The notes below the pieces were generated by a model, which saw only the letters and a program-made list of their open reading frames with translations, did no database searches and was not told the origin of the DNA. The translations under genes and the position numbers were made by a program. Positions 19,340-29,351 of a DNA stretch of 40,000 nt are shown one piece after another. The stretch lies in the NCBI GenBank assembly GCA_023268615.1, contig JALQUC010000026.1:1-40000 (forward strand), read 5' to 3'. Source of the DNA: Candidatus Altimarinota bacterium (GTDB lineage: Bacteria > Patescibacteriota > Gracilibacteria > BD1-5 > JAGOOR01). Position 1 is the first letter of the stretch; every line of letters begins with the position of its first letter.

Positions 19340-20461
19340 ATGGGTTACTCTATTTTGGATGCTGACGGTCGTGCGTTCGAATGATCTCTAGAAGGGGCAG
19401 AACAGAAAAATTTTGGAAAAACAAAAAGAATATTTCACTTGCCTAATGGTAATTTTGGTATTTCTCATGAAGATGTTTTAACGGCTTTTGATAATCCGGA
19501 CTTTACAGCTCAAGCACTCGGGAAGTGAACTGTAAGTGCTTACTCTTCTGCAATACTCTTTCGCAGGATTGAGGAGGCCGGGGTCAGAACAACTCACCGA
19601 GGCTTTATCAATAGCAATACAACGGAAGAGTCACCTCTTGAGATGCTTCCATTCGAGATTATCTGGAGACGCTATAATGTCGAGGGAAATAGTTGGGAGC
19701 AGCGAAATCCAAAACAAGTGCCTATTGGACAAAAATATCATTCTATAAAATATGAAGTAGGTCTGAAATGGTCTGTGATAGATGAACAGACGGGCGAAGA
19801 ATGTACTGATCCTTTTATGATGTTGGATGAAAATTTCCAACCCCTGCTTACCTCTCAAGGTCTACCTCGTCTTGTTCACCAAAAAAAAGGCTATGAGATA
19901 ACATATTCTAACATTGTTCATCCAAATAAAAAAGAAAATATTTCACCCGATACACTCCGCACCACTATCGAGCAATACAAACAATATGCTTCCCAAATCC
20001 GTACAATGGCAGAAAAGGTTCAAGAAGTAACTTTTGATACCTACGCTCGGGTCGGCCGACTCAATGCTGATGGGAAAATCGAAGTCGGATTTGATCAGGA
20101 AGGCAACCTAACGCTTGGCGATGAACTTGAGCTTGATGCACTCAGAAATGTATCTCTCTCAAAATTTGAAATAGATGGTCAAGAATATGAATTCGACGAG
20201 GATGCTCTCGGTCATAATCTCCATAATATTCTTAAGAGAAATGCATGAGATATAGACCGTATCATACTGGCTCGACATTCTGGGAAACAAGCATACAGAG
20301 ATTTAGTGAAACCCTGGGGGAATTTCCCAATGTCAGAGACGAGAAAAGCTGCTAATAATCTCGCAGGATATGAGGTCACAAATGGTATTTATTTACCGAC
20401 TGCTCAGGCACTTTCTCGGAGATTTGGTCAAGAGGTGGGGTATATACTTCGGGCGGCTTAA
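19340..20461 (+). CDS. purC: SAICAR synthase-like protein (long, divergent)
   Basis: Frame extended upstream of track ORF 19643..20248 to ATG 19340 and downstream through TGA to TAA 20459-20461. LPFEIIWRRYNVEGNSW and NADGKIEVGFD..LTLGDEL resemble PurC motifs. Follows purL directly. Confidence 0.55.
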
Positions 20462-20584
20462 TCTCACTCTATTCACAGGAACAAAAGAAAATACGGGAAA
20501 GATATTCTGGAGGATTTCCATTGATTTCACCTCAAAAAAGACTATACTGACCTCTAGTTTGTATTTTTGTTATCCCGATTTTCT

Positions 20585-21934
20585 ATGGAAGTCCCTCAAC
20601 GCGTCCGCGGAACACAAGACTGGTTCGGCGAACAACAGCGGTATTATACCTTTATCAAGAAGGTTGCTCGACATATTTTTCGTCACTACGGATTCACTCG
20701 TATCTCGACTCCGATGATGGAAATGCGTGATCTCATCGTGCGTTCCGTCGGTGAACATACTGATGTCGTGAGCAAGGAACTCTACGAATTCCAGGATAAA
20801 AAAGGACGCGATCTCGTCCTCAAACCAGAATCAACCGCAGGCGTGATGCGTGCATATTTGGAAAACTTTACTCAGGACCCTCAGCCTGTATATCTATATT
20901 ATGTTGAGCCACATTTTCGCTACGATAGACCGCAAAAAGGGCGATACCGCCAGTTTCACCAGATAGGTGCTGAGATAATCGGTGAGCGTGATCCTGTGCT
21001 CGATGCAGAAAATATTCACATGGCAGTCAAAATCCTCTCTGACTGTGGACTCGCTGGGAAATTCACTACCAAAATCAACACTCTCTGAAATGCCCGTGAA
21101 CGCGAAGCCTATGTTGCTGAACTCCAGGCGTTTTTTCGTGGAAAATCACATCTCCTCGATGAGATAGACAAGGCACGAGTAGAACAAAATCCGCTCCGCA
21201 TACTTGATTCGAAAAATCCAGATGTCCGTGAGATTCTCCCCTTCGCTCCCAAACTTCGTGACTTCATGAAAAAGGATTCAGTCGCCTACTACGAAGCAAC
21301 CAAAGAATACCTCACCATCCTCGGTATAGATTTCGTGGAAGATGATACGCTCGTCCGTGGACTTGATTATTATTCTGATATCGTTTTTGAATGTGTGGAT
21401 AATTCTGGCCGTTCACAGGATTCCTATTGTGGTGGTGGTCGATATGATGACCTCGCGACCAATCTCGGAAGCAAAAATCCTGTCCCTGCTGCTGGATTTG
21501 CTATCGGGGTCGAGCGACTCATTGATTCTATGGTCGAATCAGGACTCACAGTCCGCAACAAAGACACTATCGATCTCTACTTCATCCAGGTCGGCGAAGA
21601 AGCAAAGAAACTCGCGCTCCCACTCAGTATCCAGGCTCGTGATATGGGACTGAATATCCTCGCATCATTTGGTTCTCCGAGCATGAAGACTCAGCTCAAG
21701 AAAGCAAACCAACTCAAGGCAAAATATGTGGCTATCATCGGTATAATGGAGGCTCGTCGAGGTGTCTGTCAGCTCAAAAATATGGAAAAATGAACACAGA
21801 AAGAAATCAAGCTCGATGAACTCCTCGATTACATGGTCGAAATTATTGGTGAGAAAAATCTCGATTTTTACGACCCAACAAAAGAGCTGATACAAGGCAA
21901 AAAACCAGATACTGCAACAGACTCTTTCAAATAG
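20585..21934 (+). CDS. hisS: histidine--tRNA ligase
   Basis: VRGTQDW, HFRYDRPQKGRYRQFHQIG (motif 2), GGGRYDDL and AAGFAIGVERL (motif 3). KINTL-(TGA 21086-21088)-NA where HisS has ..LG... TAG stop at 21932-21934. Confidence 0.9.
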
Positions 21935-22005
21935 ATTGACTTTGTTCTTTTTTCTATACAATCCTCATATTCTTTCACAGAACTAATTCCCTCTAATTCT
22001 CTTCT

Positions 22006-22206
22006 ATGCTCGGAAAACTCAAGAAACGCAAACGACTCCGCAAACACGGATTCCTCTCTCGTGGCATCACAGCAAATGGCCGCAATGTACTCAAGCGCCG
22101 TCGACAAAAAGGTCGTCATGAACTCGCTCCGAGCTACCCTATTCGTCTCAAATCTCCAAAAGGAAATCCAAAATTTCATATTGTTGCTAAAAAGAAGGCG
22201 AAGTAG
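22006..22206 (+). CDS. rpmH: 50S ribosomal protein L34 with C-terminal extension
   Basis: [34 protein letters not shown] matches the L34 core. An extra ~20 residues ([25 protein letters not shown]) precede the TAG stop. Confidence 0.85.
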   Translation: MLGKLKKRKRLRKHGFLSRGITANGRNVLKRRRQKGRHELAPSYPIRLKSPKGNPKFHIVAKKKAK

Positions 22207-22267
22207 TCGTAAAAAGACATAGGAGATAGACATAGAGATAGAGCGAAATTCCCAGATAACCATCCTT

Positions 22268-22294
22268 TCTATTTCTATTTCTACATCTACTTCT
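22268..22294 (+). repeat. 27-nt exact direct repeat TCTATTTCTATTTCTACATCTACTTCT (copy 1, upstream of rnpA)
   Basis: Identical to 22790-22816. Ends 6 nt before the rnpA ATG. Hexamer periodicity (ATTTCT ATTTCT ACATCT ACTTCT). Confidence 0.9.
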
Positions 22295-22300
22295 AAATAT

Positions 22301-22717
22301 ATGATTGCCAAAAAATACAGATTACGAGAATACGAAGTAAGTAGGGTCTTCAAAAAAGGGAGACCCTTTTTTTGAACATACTGGACCATGAATTGTCTGG
22401 AGGCACGGAACGCAACATCTCACAAAATGGCGGTCAGCATCTCGCGCAAGCATGATAAGAGAGCTGTTCAGCGCAATCGCTATCGTCGTGGTCTCTATGA
22501 TGGACTTTTACCGAGTTTAAAGTTTTCAGTTTCTAGTTGAAAGCATAATGACACAAATGAAACAACTCAAAACTCAAAACTCAAAACTCAAAACTTTTTC
22601 CACTGTGTCTTTACACTCAAGAAAGGTCTCAAAATCCCTGAGAAAAAAATACCAACAGAATGGGTAGAGGATGCTCGGAAGCTCCTCGAAAAGATAAGTC
22701 CTGGAATTATGAATTAA
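22301..22717 (+). CDS. rnpA: ribonuclease P protein component
   Basis: MIAKKYRLREYEVSRVFKKGRPFF..., RNR motif KRAVQRNRYRRGL, ...FFHCVFTLKKG. Position after rpmH and before yidC. Two in-frame TGA. TAA stop at 22715-22717. Contains a 25-codon repeat insertion. Confidence 0.8.
22521..22595. repeat. 75-bp palindromic/tandem-repeat insertion inside rnpA
   Basis: Left arm AGTTTTCAGTTTCTAGTTG. Right arm CAACTCAAAACTCAAAACT, extended as a 7-mer (ACTCAAA) x4. 75 nt = 25 codons (KFSVSSGKHNDTNETTQNSKLKTQN). Confidence 0.6.
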
Positions 22718-22789
22718 GAATTATGAATTAAGAGAAAAAAGTATACAATGCCGAACAAGAATATGAGATTATCATAAATAAAAATCCAC

Positions 22790-22816
22790 TCTATTTCTAT
22801 TTCTACATCTACTTCT
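22790..22816 (+). repeat. 27-nt exact direct repeat (copy 2, upstream of yidC)
   Basis: Identical to 22268-22294. Ends 23 nt before the yidC ATG. Confidence 0.9.
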
Positions 22817-22839
22817 CAGAAATAACTCTTAATTTTAGT

Positions 22840-24072
22840 ATGAATCCTTCTCGCAAAACCCTCATCATCATCTATCTCGTCTTTCTCGTTGCATTTTTCT
22901 GGCAAAGTGCTAATAAAAAAGCAGCACCCGTGCCTGCGCCAGTGAGAATCGTCGCAGATGCACGAGGATATACACTTCCTCGGACACCAGTTGTTTCACT
23001 CACAAATGACACAGAAGCAGCTATCAGTGTCGATACCTGTCGTGATATCGGTGTCATGGCAAATGGTGTCCAGAAGACAACACTTCCAGAAGCATTTTGT
23101 CGGACCGTCTCAGTAGAACCACGCACGACGACTCCTCTCTTTGGTCATACAAAAGAAGATATCCTCGAATTTCAAACGAGCTTTGCCAATATTCCTGAGG
23201 TCGCACTTTCCTTTATCTATACCCAGCCTGGCGTCGAGACTCCTTCGGAGGTCATGCTCACAATAGGTCATGCTGGCGCATTCCGACTCTTTTTTAGGAC
23301 TTTCTTCTACGATCCTGTGTACAACCTCTTTGTCGCACTCACACTCATCCTGCCAGGATACAGTCTCGGAGGTGCCATCGTCGCCATCACACTCATCATC
23401 CGTCTCGGTCTCCTCATTCCTCAGCAGAAGATGCTCGTCTCTCAGCGACGCATGCAGGTCATACAGCCAAAAATAAAGGCAATTCAGGAAGAACACAAAG
23501 GCGACCAGGCAACCATAGGTATGAAGATGATGGAGCTCTATAAAAAAGAAGGAGTAAATCCTCTCGGCTCATGTCTCCCGATTCTCATACAAATCCCAAT
23601 TCTCATCGTCCTCTATCAGGTTATTTTGAATATCAGCAATCCGAGTAATTTTGCCCATCTCTATGACTTTGCATGGCTTCAAAATTTCCGCAATGTGACC
23701 CTCGAGACATATTTCTTTGGGCTTCACCTCGAGCGCAGTGGTGGTCTCGTCGGTGTCATCCTCGGTCTCCTCACGGGTGGTCTCCAGTTCGGTCAGATGT
23801 GGCTCTCTCAGAAAAAGATAAAAGCAGCTCAATCAGAAAAAACAGAAGAACCAAAAAATCCAAATATGCCTGATATGCAGCAAATGCAAAAGATGATGCT
23901 CTACATCTTCCCTGCTATGGCAGCGCTTTTCGCATTTCAATTTCCAGCTGGAGTCGGTCTCTACTGGCTCATTGGTACACTCTTTATGATCGTCCAACAA
24001 TTCTTCGCAAATAGAACTGCCGAAGATAAGAAAATGGTTATCCGAGATAAGGCGGGGAATGTCCTCAATTAA
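22840..24072 (+). CDS. yidC: membrane protein insertase YidC
   Basis: Uninterrupted 410-aa ORF. N-terminal TM, then the Oxa1/YidC core (IITLIIRLGLLIPQQKM..Q..MQVIQPKIKAIQEEHKGD..MMELYKKEGVNPLGSCLPILIQIPILIVLYQV...GVGLYWLIGTLFMIVQQF). Follows rnpA. Confidence 0.9.
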   Translation: MNPSRKTLIIIYLVFLVAFFWQSANKKAAPVPAPVRIVADARGYTLPRTPVVSLTNDTEAAISVDTCRDIGVMANGVQKTTLPEAFCRTVSVEPRTTTPLFGHTKEDILEFQTSFANIPEVALSFIYTQPGVETPSEVMLTIGHAGAFRLFFRTFFYDPVYNLFVALTLILPGYSLGGAIVAITLIIRLGLLIPQQKMLVSQRRMQVIQPKIKAIQEEHKGDQATIGMKMMELYKKEGVNPLGSCLPILIQIPILIVLYQVILNISNPSNFAHLYDFAWLQNFRNVTLETYFFGLHLERSGGLVGVILGLLTGGLQFGQMWLSQKKIKAAQSEKTEEPKNPNMPDMQQMQKMMLYIFPAMAALFAFQFPAGVGLYWLIGTLFMIVQQFFANRTAEDKKMVIRDKAGNVLN

Positions 24073-24075
24073 AAA

Positions 24076-24234
24076 ATGTCTACAGAAACACCCCACGAAG
24101 TATCTGATGAACCTCATGATATCGATATTTTTATTGAGGAGCTTTGTGGTCGTTTTTTATTATTGTGAGAAAGTGTTGATGAAGCTATCCAGAAAGTTGA
24201 TGAAGCTATTGCACGAATTCACGAAGAGAAATAA
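24076..24234 (+). CDS. small hypothetical protein (52 aa)
   Basis: ATG 4 nt after the yidC stop. MSTETPHEVSDEPHDIDIFIEELCGRFLLL-G-ESVDEAIQKVDEAIARIHEEK. One TGA. TAA stop. Position is where jag usually sits, but no KH/R3H domain. Confidence 0.35.
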
Positions 24235-24311
24235 ATAAAAATCAGTCCTAAAATATTTGCATTATCCAGAAATGTCTGGTAGGATGATGAGGTAATCCCT
24301 TATTTTATCTT

Positions 24312-25040
24312 ATGGTAGCCATTTCTTCGTCACAGAAAAAAACAGTGTTTGCTGTTATACTCTTTGTACTTCTAGGTACAGGATGAGGCTTTTTGGCTGT
24401 ACAAAAATATATTGATTATGCTCCTGGACTCCGCCCATCTCCCATTGTTATGACAAAAAATAATCAACTGGCTTCAAGTGCTCTCGGAGAAGTTGGTACG
24501 GAAGGGTCACAGATTAATAGTGAAGAATATTATATCAAAAATTCTGAACAGATCGATGCAGACCTCCTTACTATGCAGGCTGAATTCCAAGAAATAATCC
24601 GAACACGCTATCCTCTTATTACACAGAACTGTGACATTATACAGATTCAAGAAAATTTCGATGGCAATGAAAAAATCGCTCGAACTGTTTGTAAACCAAA
24701 TCGTATCGCTGGCGTTATAGCAAACCGATTTCTCGATACTCTCTTTGCTCATCCAGATGTTGATCGTCCTGTGATGGAGGAGATTATTGCTATAAAATGG
24801 GCTCTTGTGAGTGCCGATAATGCCAATAATTCCGAACTTCAGTCAATAAAGGAGGATCTATACGAATATCAGCTATTCCTCGATGACTTCACTACTACAC
24901 AATATACAAATCTCCAAAAGAAGAGAGAAACAATAAATTTTAACAATAGTTTCTCAAAAGGGAAACATCTCGGTCTGGAGATAGTATTTCTCTTTGCAGA
25001 ACAACAAAAACTAATTGTAGATTATATTCTGGGAGAATAA
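24312..25040 (+). CDS. membrane-anchored hypothetical protein
   Basis: Track ORF 24393..25040 extended through TGA to ATG 24312, which adds a TM helix (KKTVFAVILFVLLGTGGGFLAV). TAA stop, followed by a terminator. Confidence 0.5.
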
Positions 25041-25063
25041 AGGCACACAGTTAGGTAGTAAAT

Positions 25064-25087
25064 TACCCCAGAAATGGGGTATTTTTT
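25064..25087 (+). terminator. rho-independent terminator
   Basis: TACCCCA-gaaa-TGGGGTA followed by TTTTTT. Confidence 0.75.
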
Positions 25088-25096
25088 AATTTTCTT

Positions 25097-25124
25097 TTGA
25101 CTTTCTTTTCTCTCTTTGTATCAT
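25097..25124 (+). promoter_or_regulatory. sigma70-like promoter candidate
   Basis: TTGACT (25097-25102), 16-nt spacer, TATCAT (25119-25124). Lies 27 nt upstream of ATG 25151. Confidence 0.35.
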
Positions 25125-25150
25125 CGTAGTAATACAAGCTAACAAAAAGT

Positions 25151-25411
25151 ATGCCATATCAGGCGACTCTCCGCAAGAACATTATCGCTGAATTAAAGCG
25201 TCACAAAGACGATCTGGATGGATTCATCGAGGATATTTTGACCCCTCAAGAAATCGAAACTATTGATGAAAGAATCAAACTCATGCATGCTCTCGTCGCT
25301 GGTAAAACACAGCGAGAAATAGCCGAAGAGCTCGGCATATCTATCACAACAGTCAGTCGCGGATCACGGATTCTCCAATACGGACGACTCCAGGGAAGTT
25401 GGCGTAAGTAA
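25151..25411 (+). CDS. TrpR-like DNA-binding protein (YerC/YecD family)
   Basis: LTPQEIETIDERIKLMHALVAGKTQREIAEELGISITTVSRGSRIL matches the Trp-repressor-fold YerC/YecD signature. Confidence 0.75.
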   Translation: MPYQATLRKNIIAELKRHKDDLDGFIEDILTPQEIETIDERIKLMHALVAGKTQREIAEELGISITTVSRGSRILQYGRLQGSWRK

Positions 25412-25435
25412 TGTATTGAGTACACCCGTACTCCT

Positions 25436-25460
25436 GAGACTTTTTTTAAGTCTCTTTTTT
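25436..25460 (+). terminator. rho-independent terminator
   Basis: GAGACTT-ttttt-AAGTCTC followed by TTTTTT. Confidence 0.55.
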
Positions 25461-25513
25461 GTGAACTTTTTTGTCACAAAAACCAATACATTATTTATTT
25501 TATCATTCAACTT

Positions 25514-27355
25514 ATGAAACAGAACACACTTCCCTCCTCACTCAGAGGAGAAAACTACGCCATCATTGCCCAGGGCAATCATGCGCGCATCTATCCCGGC
25601 GAGCTCGTCCGAGCTGCTACACTCGAGGAAATGAAATCCCTCCAAACTCCCTGAAAAGTCGTCACTTTTCTCACGCCTTCGAGCAGTATGCGAGAAGCAG
25701 GCCGAGAAGCCATCGGCGATGAACCAATACTCGCTATCGTCTCAAAAACACAGGATATCCAATATGTCACCCGTGACCGCCTCCAGCAAATACTCACCAC
25801 TCACGGTGATGATACTTTTTCACTCGGAGATTTTATCCCAGATATCTGAGATGAGCTCTACCGTGAAAAAGTCATACAAGCCCAGGAACATATCAGAAAT
25901 GGCGATATATGTCAGGTTGTTCTAGCCAGAAATTTCTCTGCACCAATAACAGGACTCTCGGAGAGGACACCGCTCGCGATATTCTCCCTCCTCCTCCAGA
26001 TACGGTGAACCTACATGACCGCGCTCTTCCGGACGCCAGAGCATGCGTACGCTTATGCAAGTCCTGAGAGACATCTCACTATCAGAAATAATCGCGCCAC
26101 TATCAACCCGATTGCTGGGACGATGAAAATCGGGGATCAAGAATCTTTTGACGAACGATTGACAGAATTCCTGATGAAGGATAAAAAGGAACGCCAAGAG
26201 CTGACCATGCTCCTCGATGAATGAACCAAGATGATTGCGAGATTTTGCCCACATGGCCATATCGATTGACCATTTCTCCGGGAAACGGGTGCTGTCATTC
26301 ATACCGAGTATATCATTGCAGGGAAAGTCGTCTCTGGAACACATGCTATCGATGCTCTGAGAAGGACCCTGAATGCCCCAACACTCACTGGAAGTCCGAT
26401 AAATGAAGCAGCAAAAATCATAGCTCGACTCGAGGAAATCACTCGAGGATACTATGGCTGAGTTTTTGGTGTCTATCGGAATCATGGAAATCTCGACAGT
26501 GCCATCGCTATTCGTGGCGTGCACCTAGATTTTGGCGAAGAAACTGCAACCGTCACAGCTGGTGCATGAATCACACAATGATCACAGCCACAGAGTGAAG
26601 CAGATGAAACCAGAAATAAAGCACGATGAAATATCTCAGTTCTTTCTGGCAATTTTCACAAGCGTCCCGCCATACTCCATCCGATGCAAAAAAAGAGACA
26701 TGAACGAGCGATGCAGCTCGCGAGAAATGAATTTCTCTCTCGATTCCACTTCTGAGAACAGCATGAGCTCGAACCCATTCCAGAACTTATAGGAAAAGAA
26801 ATAACCATTATCAACTTTGAGGATGATTTCGCCTACATACTCTGAGTTATGATGGAATCTCTCGGTGCAACAGTCACAGTAGAGGATTATCAGAATATAG
26901 GAGACTCCGAACTGGATACTATTCGCCTGAATAACGACATTCTCGTCTTCGGTGGTGGGCCAGGTGATATCAATGACTTTGCGAATCCAAAGATGAACCG
27001 ACTCAGAGAGATACTCGCCGAGAGATGAGATACTCCACTGCTGGGTATCTGTCTCGGTTGTCAGGCTATTTGTCAGCATCTCGGACTGGAGGTGAAGAAA
27101 CTCAGAAGGTCTCTTCAAGGCATTCAAGAAGCCGTACAGCTCCCCTCTTGTGAAGAAAAAGTCGGACACTACAATTCTTTTGCAGGATTTGGCGAAAGAA
27201 AATGATGTGAAATAATCACAAAATCTGATGGAAGTATTGATATGATCCATTGCCCAGAACAAAAAATGCTCGGTGTCCAATTCCATCCAGAATCGGTGAT
27301 GACGCAAAACGGTCGTGAAATACTCAAAAATCTTCTTCTGAAGCTCATAAAATAA
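25514..27355 (+). CDS. fused chorismate-utilising enzyme (TrpE/PabB-like) + class-I glutamine amidotransferase (TrpG/PabA-like)
   Basis: One frame from ATG 25514. GDICQVVLAR, ERQELTMLLDE-G-TKM, PTLTGSPINEAAKIIARLEEITRGYYGG, TAGAGITQGSQPQSEADETRNK. Then the GATase part: LLGICLGCQ...GVQFHPES. About 13 in-frame TGA. TAA stop at 27353-27355. Confidence 0.8.
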
Positions 27356-27371
27356 AGAATCCAGAATTTTT

Positions 27372-27401
27372 ACTCTCCTATGAAATTAGGAGAGTTTTTT
27401 T
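27372..27401 (+). terminator. rho-independent terminator
   Basis: ACTCTCCTA-tgaaat-TAGGAGAGT followed by TTTTTT. Confidence 0.8.
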
Positions 27402-27487
27402 CGTAAGTCTCTTTTGCAAAATGTGACTTTTTTCGTATCCTATTCGCGGTGATGTTCGTTTTTCCGAGCGGATACCAACTTGTATAT

Positions 27488-27571
27488 GGCTCCGTGGTGG
27501 AATGGTAGACACGATGGACTCAAAATCCATTGGGGCAACTCGTGTCGGTTCGAGTCCGACCGGAGCTACCA
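27488..27571 (+). tRNA. tRNA-Leu (anticodon CAA), class II with long variable arm
   Basis: Acceptor GGCTCCG/CGGAGCT (G1-U72), D-region TGGTGGAATGGTAGAC, anticodon stem ATGGA/TCCAT with loop CTCAAAA (CAA at 27521-27523), variable arm TGGGGCAACTCGTG, T-arm GTCGG-TTCGAGT-CCGAC, A73, CCA. Confidence 0.85.
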
Positions 27572-27625
27572 GTTCGCGTTGAGCGAATTGGTAAGAGGTA
27601 AGAGTAACAGGTAATACGATGGATT

Positions 27626-27982
27626 ATGACTTTTTATTTTGAAAGTCTGGAAGTATGGAAAAAAGCGTTTTGAATCACAGAACGAATTTATCCGCTTCTC
27701 AAATTATTTCCAGAAGATGAAAAATTTGCTCTTACATCTCAAATACGCAGATCCGCACTTTCAGTTGTTTCTAATATCGCTGAAGGTAACGGCCGATGAA
27801 ATGACTCTGAATATGCGTATTTTCTGAGGATTGCAAAATGATCTTGTGCAGAATTAGCAACACAAATTTTATTATCAGAAAAATTTGGTTATATTAGTGA
27901 CAAAGAATCAAGAGAAATACTGGATGTGTTAGAAGAAATCAATAAAATGCTCTTCTCGATGATTCAGAATAATAAAAAATAA
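27626..27982 (+). CDS. four-helix-bundle protein (23S rRNA intervening-sequence protein family)
   Basis: [75 protein letters not shown]. This is the typical family signature. Three TGA. TAA stop. Confidence 0.8.
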
Positions 27983-28020
27983 CCCTCGTCTTCCCTTTTA
28001 CCTTTTTGCTCTTCCCTCCA

Positions 28021-29136
28021 ATGCACATAGAACTCGACTCCGATACGCTCTTCACCGCCATAAAAACGGTCGCTCATGCTGTCATAAATAGCCCTACAAC
28101 GCCAATACTCGAAAATGTCCTCCTCCGTGCGACTAATGAGAAGCTCACGGTCGTGGCGAATAATCTCGAGATGGCTATCGAGTATACGATTGAACATGAT
28201 ATCGAGATAAAAGAACCTGGCGATATCACTGTTTCGTTTCGTTTTCTCGCGTCGTATCTGAATCTCCTGGATCCGACTCGTCTCAAGATAAAAACTGACA
28301 CTGGGCACACACTCAATTTCACAGCAAATAAACAAAAAACGAGATTCAAGGGACTCTGAGCAGACGAATTCCCGATGATTCCAGCAACTCGGAGAGATAC
28401 GAAATTTCGCATGAGCTCAGATGTTCTGAAACGAGCTTTTAGCAAGACACTCTTCTCCTGTGCCAGCGGAAATATCCGTCCGACTCTCGCTGGTGTCTAT
28501 ATCCAGCTCCATACTGATCATATCACTTTTGCCTCAACGGACAGCTTCCGCCTCTCTGAATATCGATACAATTGTGACACGGGTGTAGACAAGAAAATCG
28601 CCATTATCCTCCCTGCGAGAAGTGCCAGCGAGATGATGAAGACTCTCCCTGATGGCGTCGATGTTGAGGTCTATTTCGCAGACAATCAAATCCTGCTCGT
28701 GTACGAAAGTGTTCTCTTCTACTCTCGTCTCCTCAATGGTCACTTCCCAGACTACGCCAATTTCTTCCCAAAAACAACAAGCATCAACGCGCTCACCAAT
28801 AGATCAAAACTCATACAATCTCTCAGGCAAGTGAGTCTCATCGCTCGAGAAAATAATTTTAATGTCAAAATGGCTCTCGATAGTAGCGGTGTTATCCGTC
28901 TCGACTCTGGAGATACAGAGCTTGGTGCGAGTGAGACAGAAGTCCCCGCAGAAATCGAGGGAAATGACCAAGTCGGGCTCAATGCGACTTATTTTATCGA
29001 TGCCCTCCAAGTCGTCGAGGGTGACGATGTCCGTGTAGGATTTGAGACCAGCCTCTCGCCTATCCTCATCCAGGGAACGAATTTGAATACCGCAGAAGAG
29101 GACTTCCGACACATTATCATGCCACTCAAGATTTAA
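28021..29136 (+). CDS. dnaN: DNA polymerase III beta sliding clamp
   Basis: Fragments 28006..28359 and 28375..29136 share a frame across one TGA. TPILENVLL, TLAGVYIQ..ITFASTDSFRLSE, SRLLNGHFPDY, C-terminal IIMPLKI. Start set to ATG 28021. Confidence 0.9.
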
Positions 29137-29216
29137 TTATAAATTAAATCTTCAATACAAAATTAAAAGTGCAAAGAGCAAAATGGAGGATTTTTATTGA
29201 TAAACAGAAACAGTTT

Positions 29217-29351
29217 TTAGGGGTAGAGATATGCCTTGAATGGCATATCGTAACTGTCTGAGCGGGATGAATACAGATATAGAGATGAACCTGGTCTATA
29301 GCGAGTTTGAGTTCCCCTAAATGCTTTTGGTACTTTTGGCAACAAAAGTAC
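29217..29351 (+). ncRNA. candidate structured RNA / leader in the dnaN-recF spacer
   Basis: Closing helix TTAGGGG(29217-23)/CCCCTAA(29314-20) encloses GATATGCC-ttgaat-GGCATATC (8 bp) and TATAGA-N11-TCTATA. It is followed by a perfect 9-bp hairpin GTACTTTTG-GCAA-CAAAAGTAC (29330-29351, GNRA loop) 25 nt before the recF ATG. Strand uncertain. Confidence 0.3.

Noticed and set aside
21394-21402. A perfect DnaA box TGTGGATAA as an oriC marker.
   Set aside because: It is a single copy inside the hisS coding sequence with no neighbouring boxes or AT-rich unwinding element, which is compatible with chance.
22563-22731. Short tandem repeats (ACTCAAA x4 at 22565-22592; GAATTATGAATTAA x2 at 22704-22731) as a possible CRISPR array.
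   Set aside because: The units are 7 and 14 bp with no spacers, lie inside or at the end of rnpA, and no cas genes are nearby.
27519-27525. The tRNA at 27488-27571 has TCA in its anticodon loop. Could it be the UGA-decoding tRNA?
   Set aside because: With the only 5-bp stem that pairs (ATGGA/TCCAT) the 7-nt loop is CTCAAAA, which puts CAA at positions 34-36. The long variable arm and D-arm match class II tRNA-Leu. No tRNA(UCA) is present in this window.
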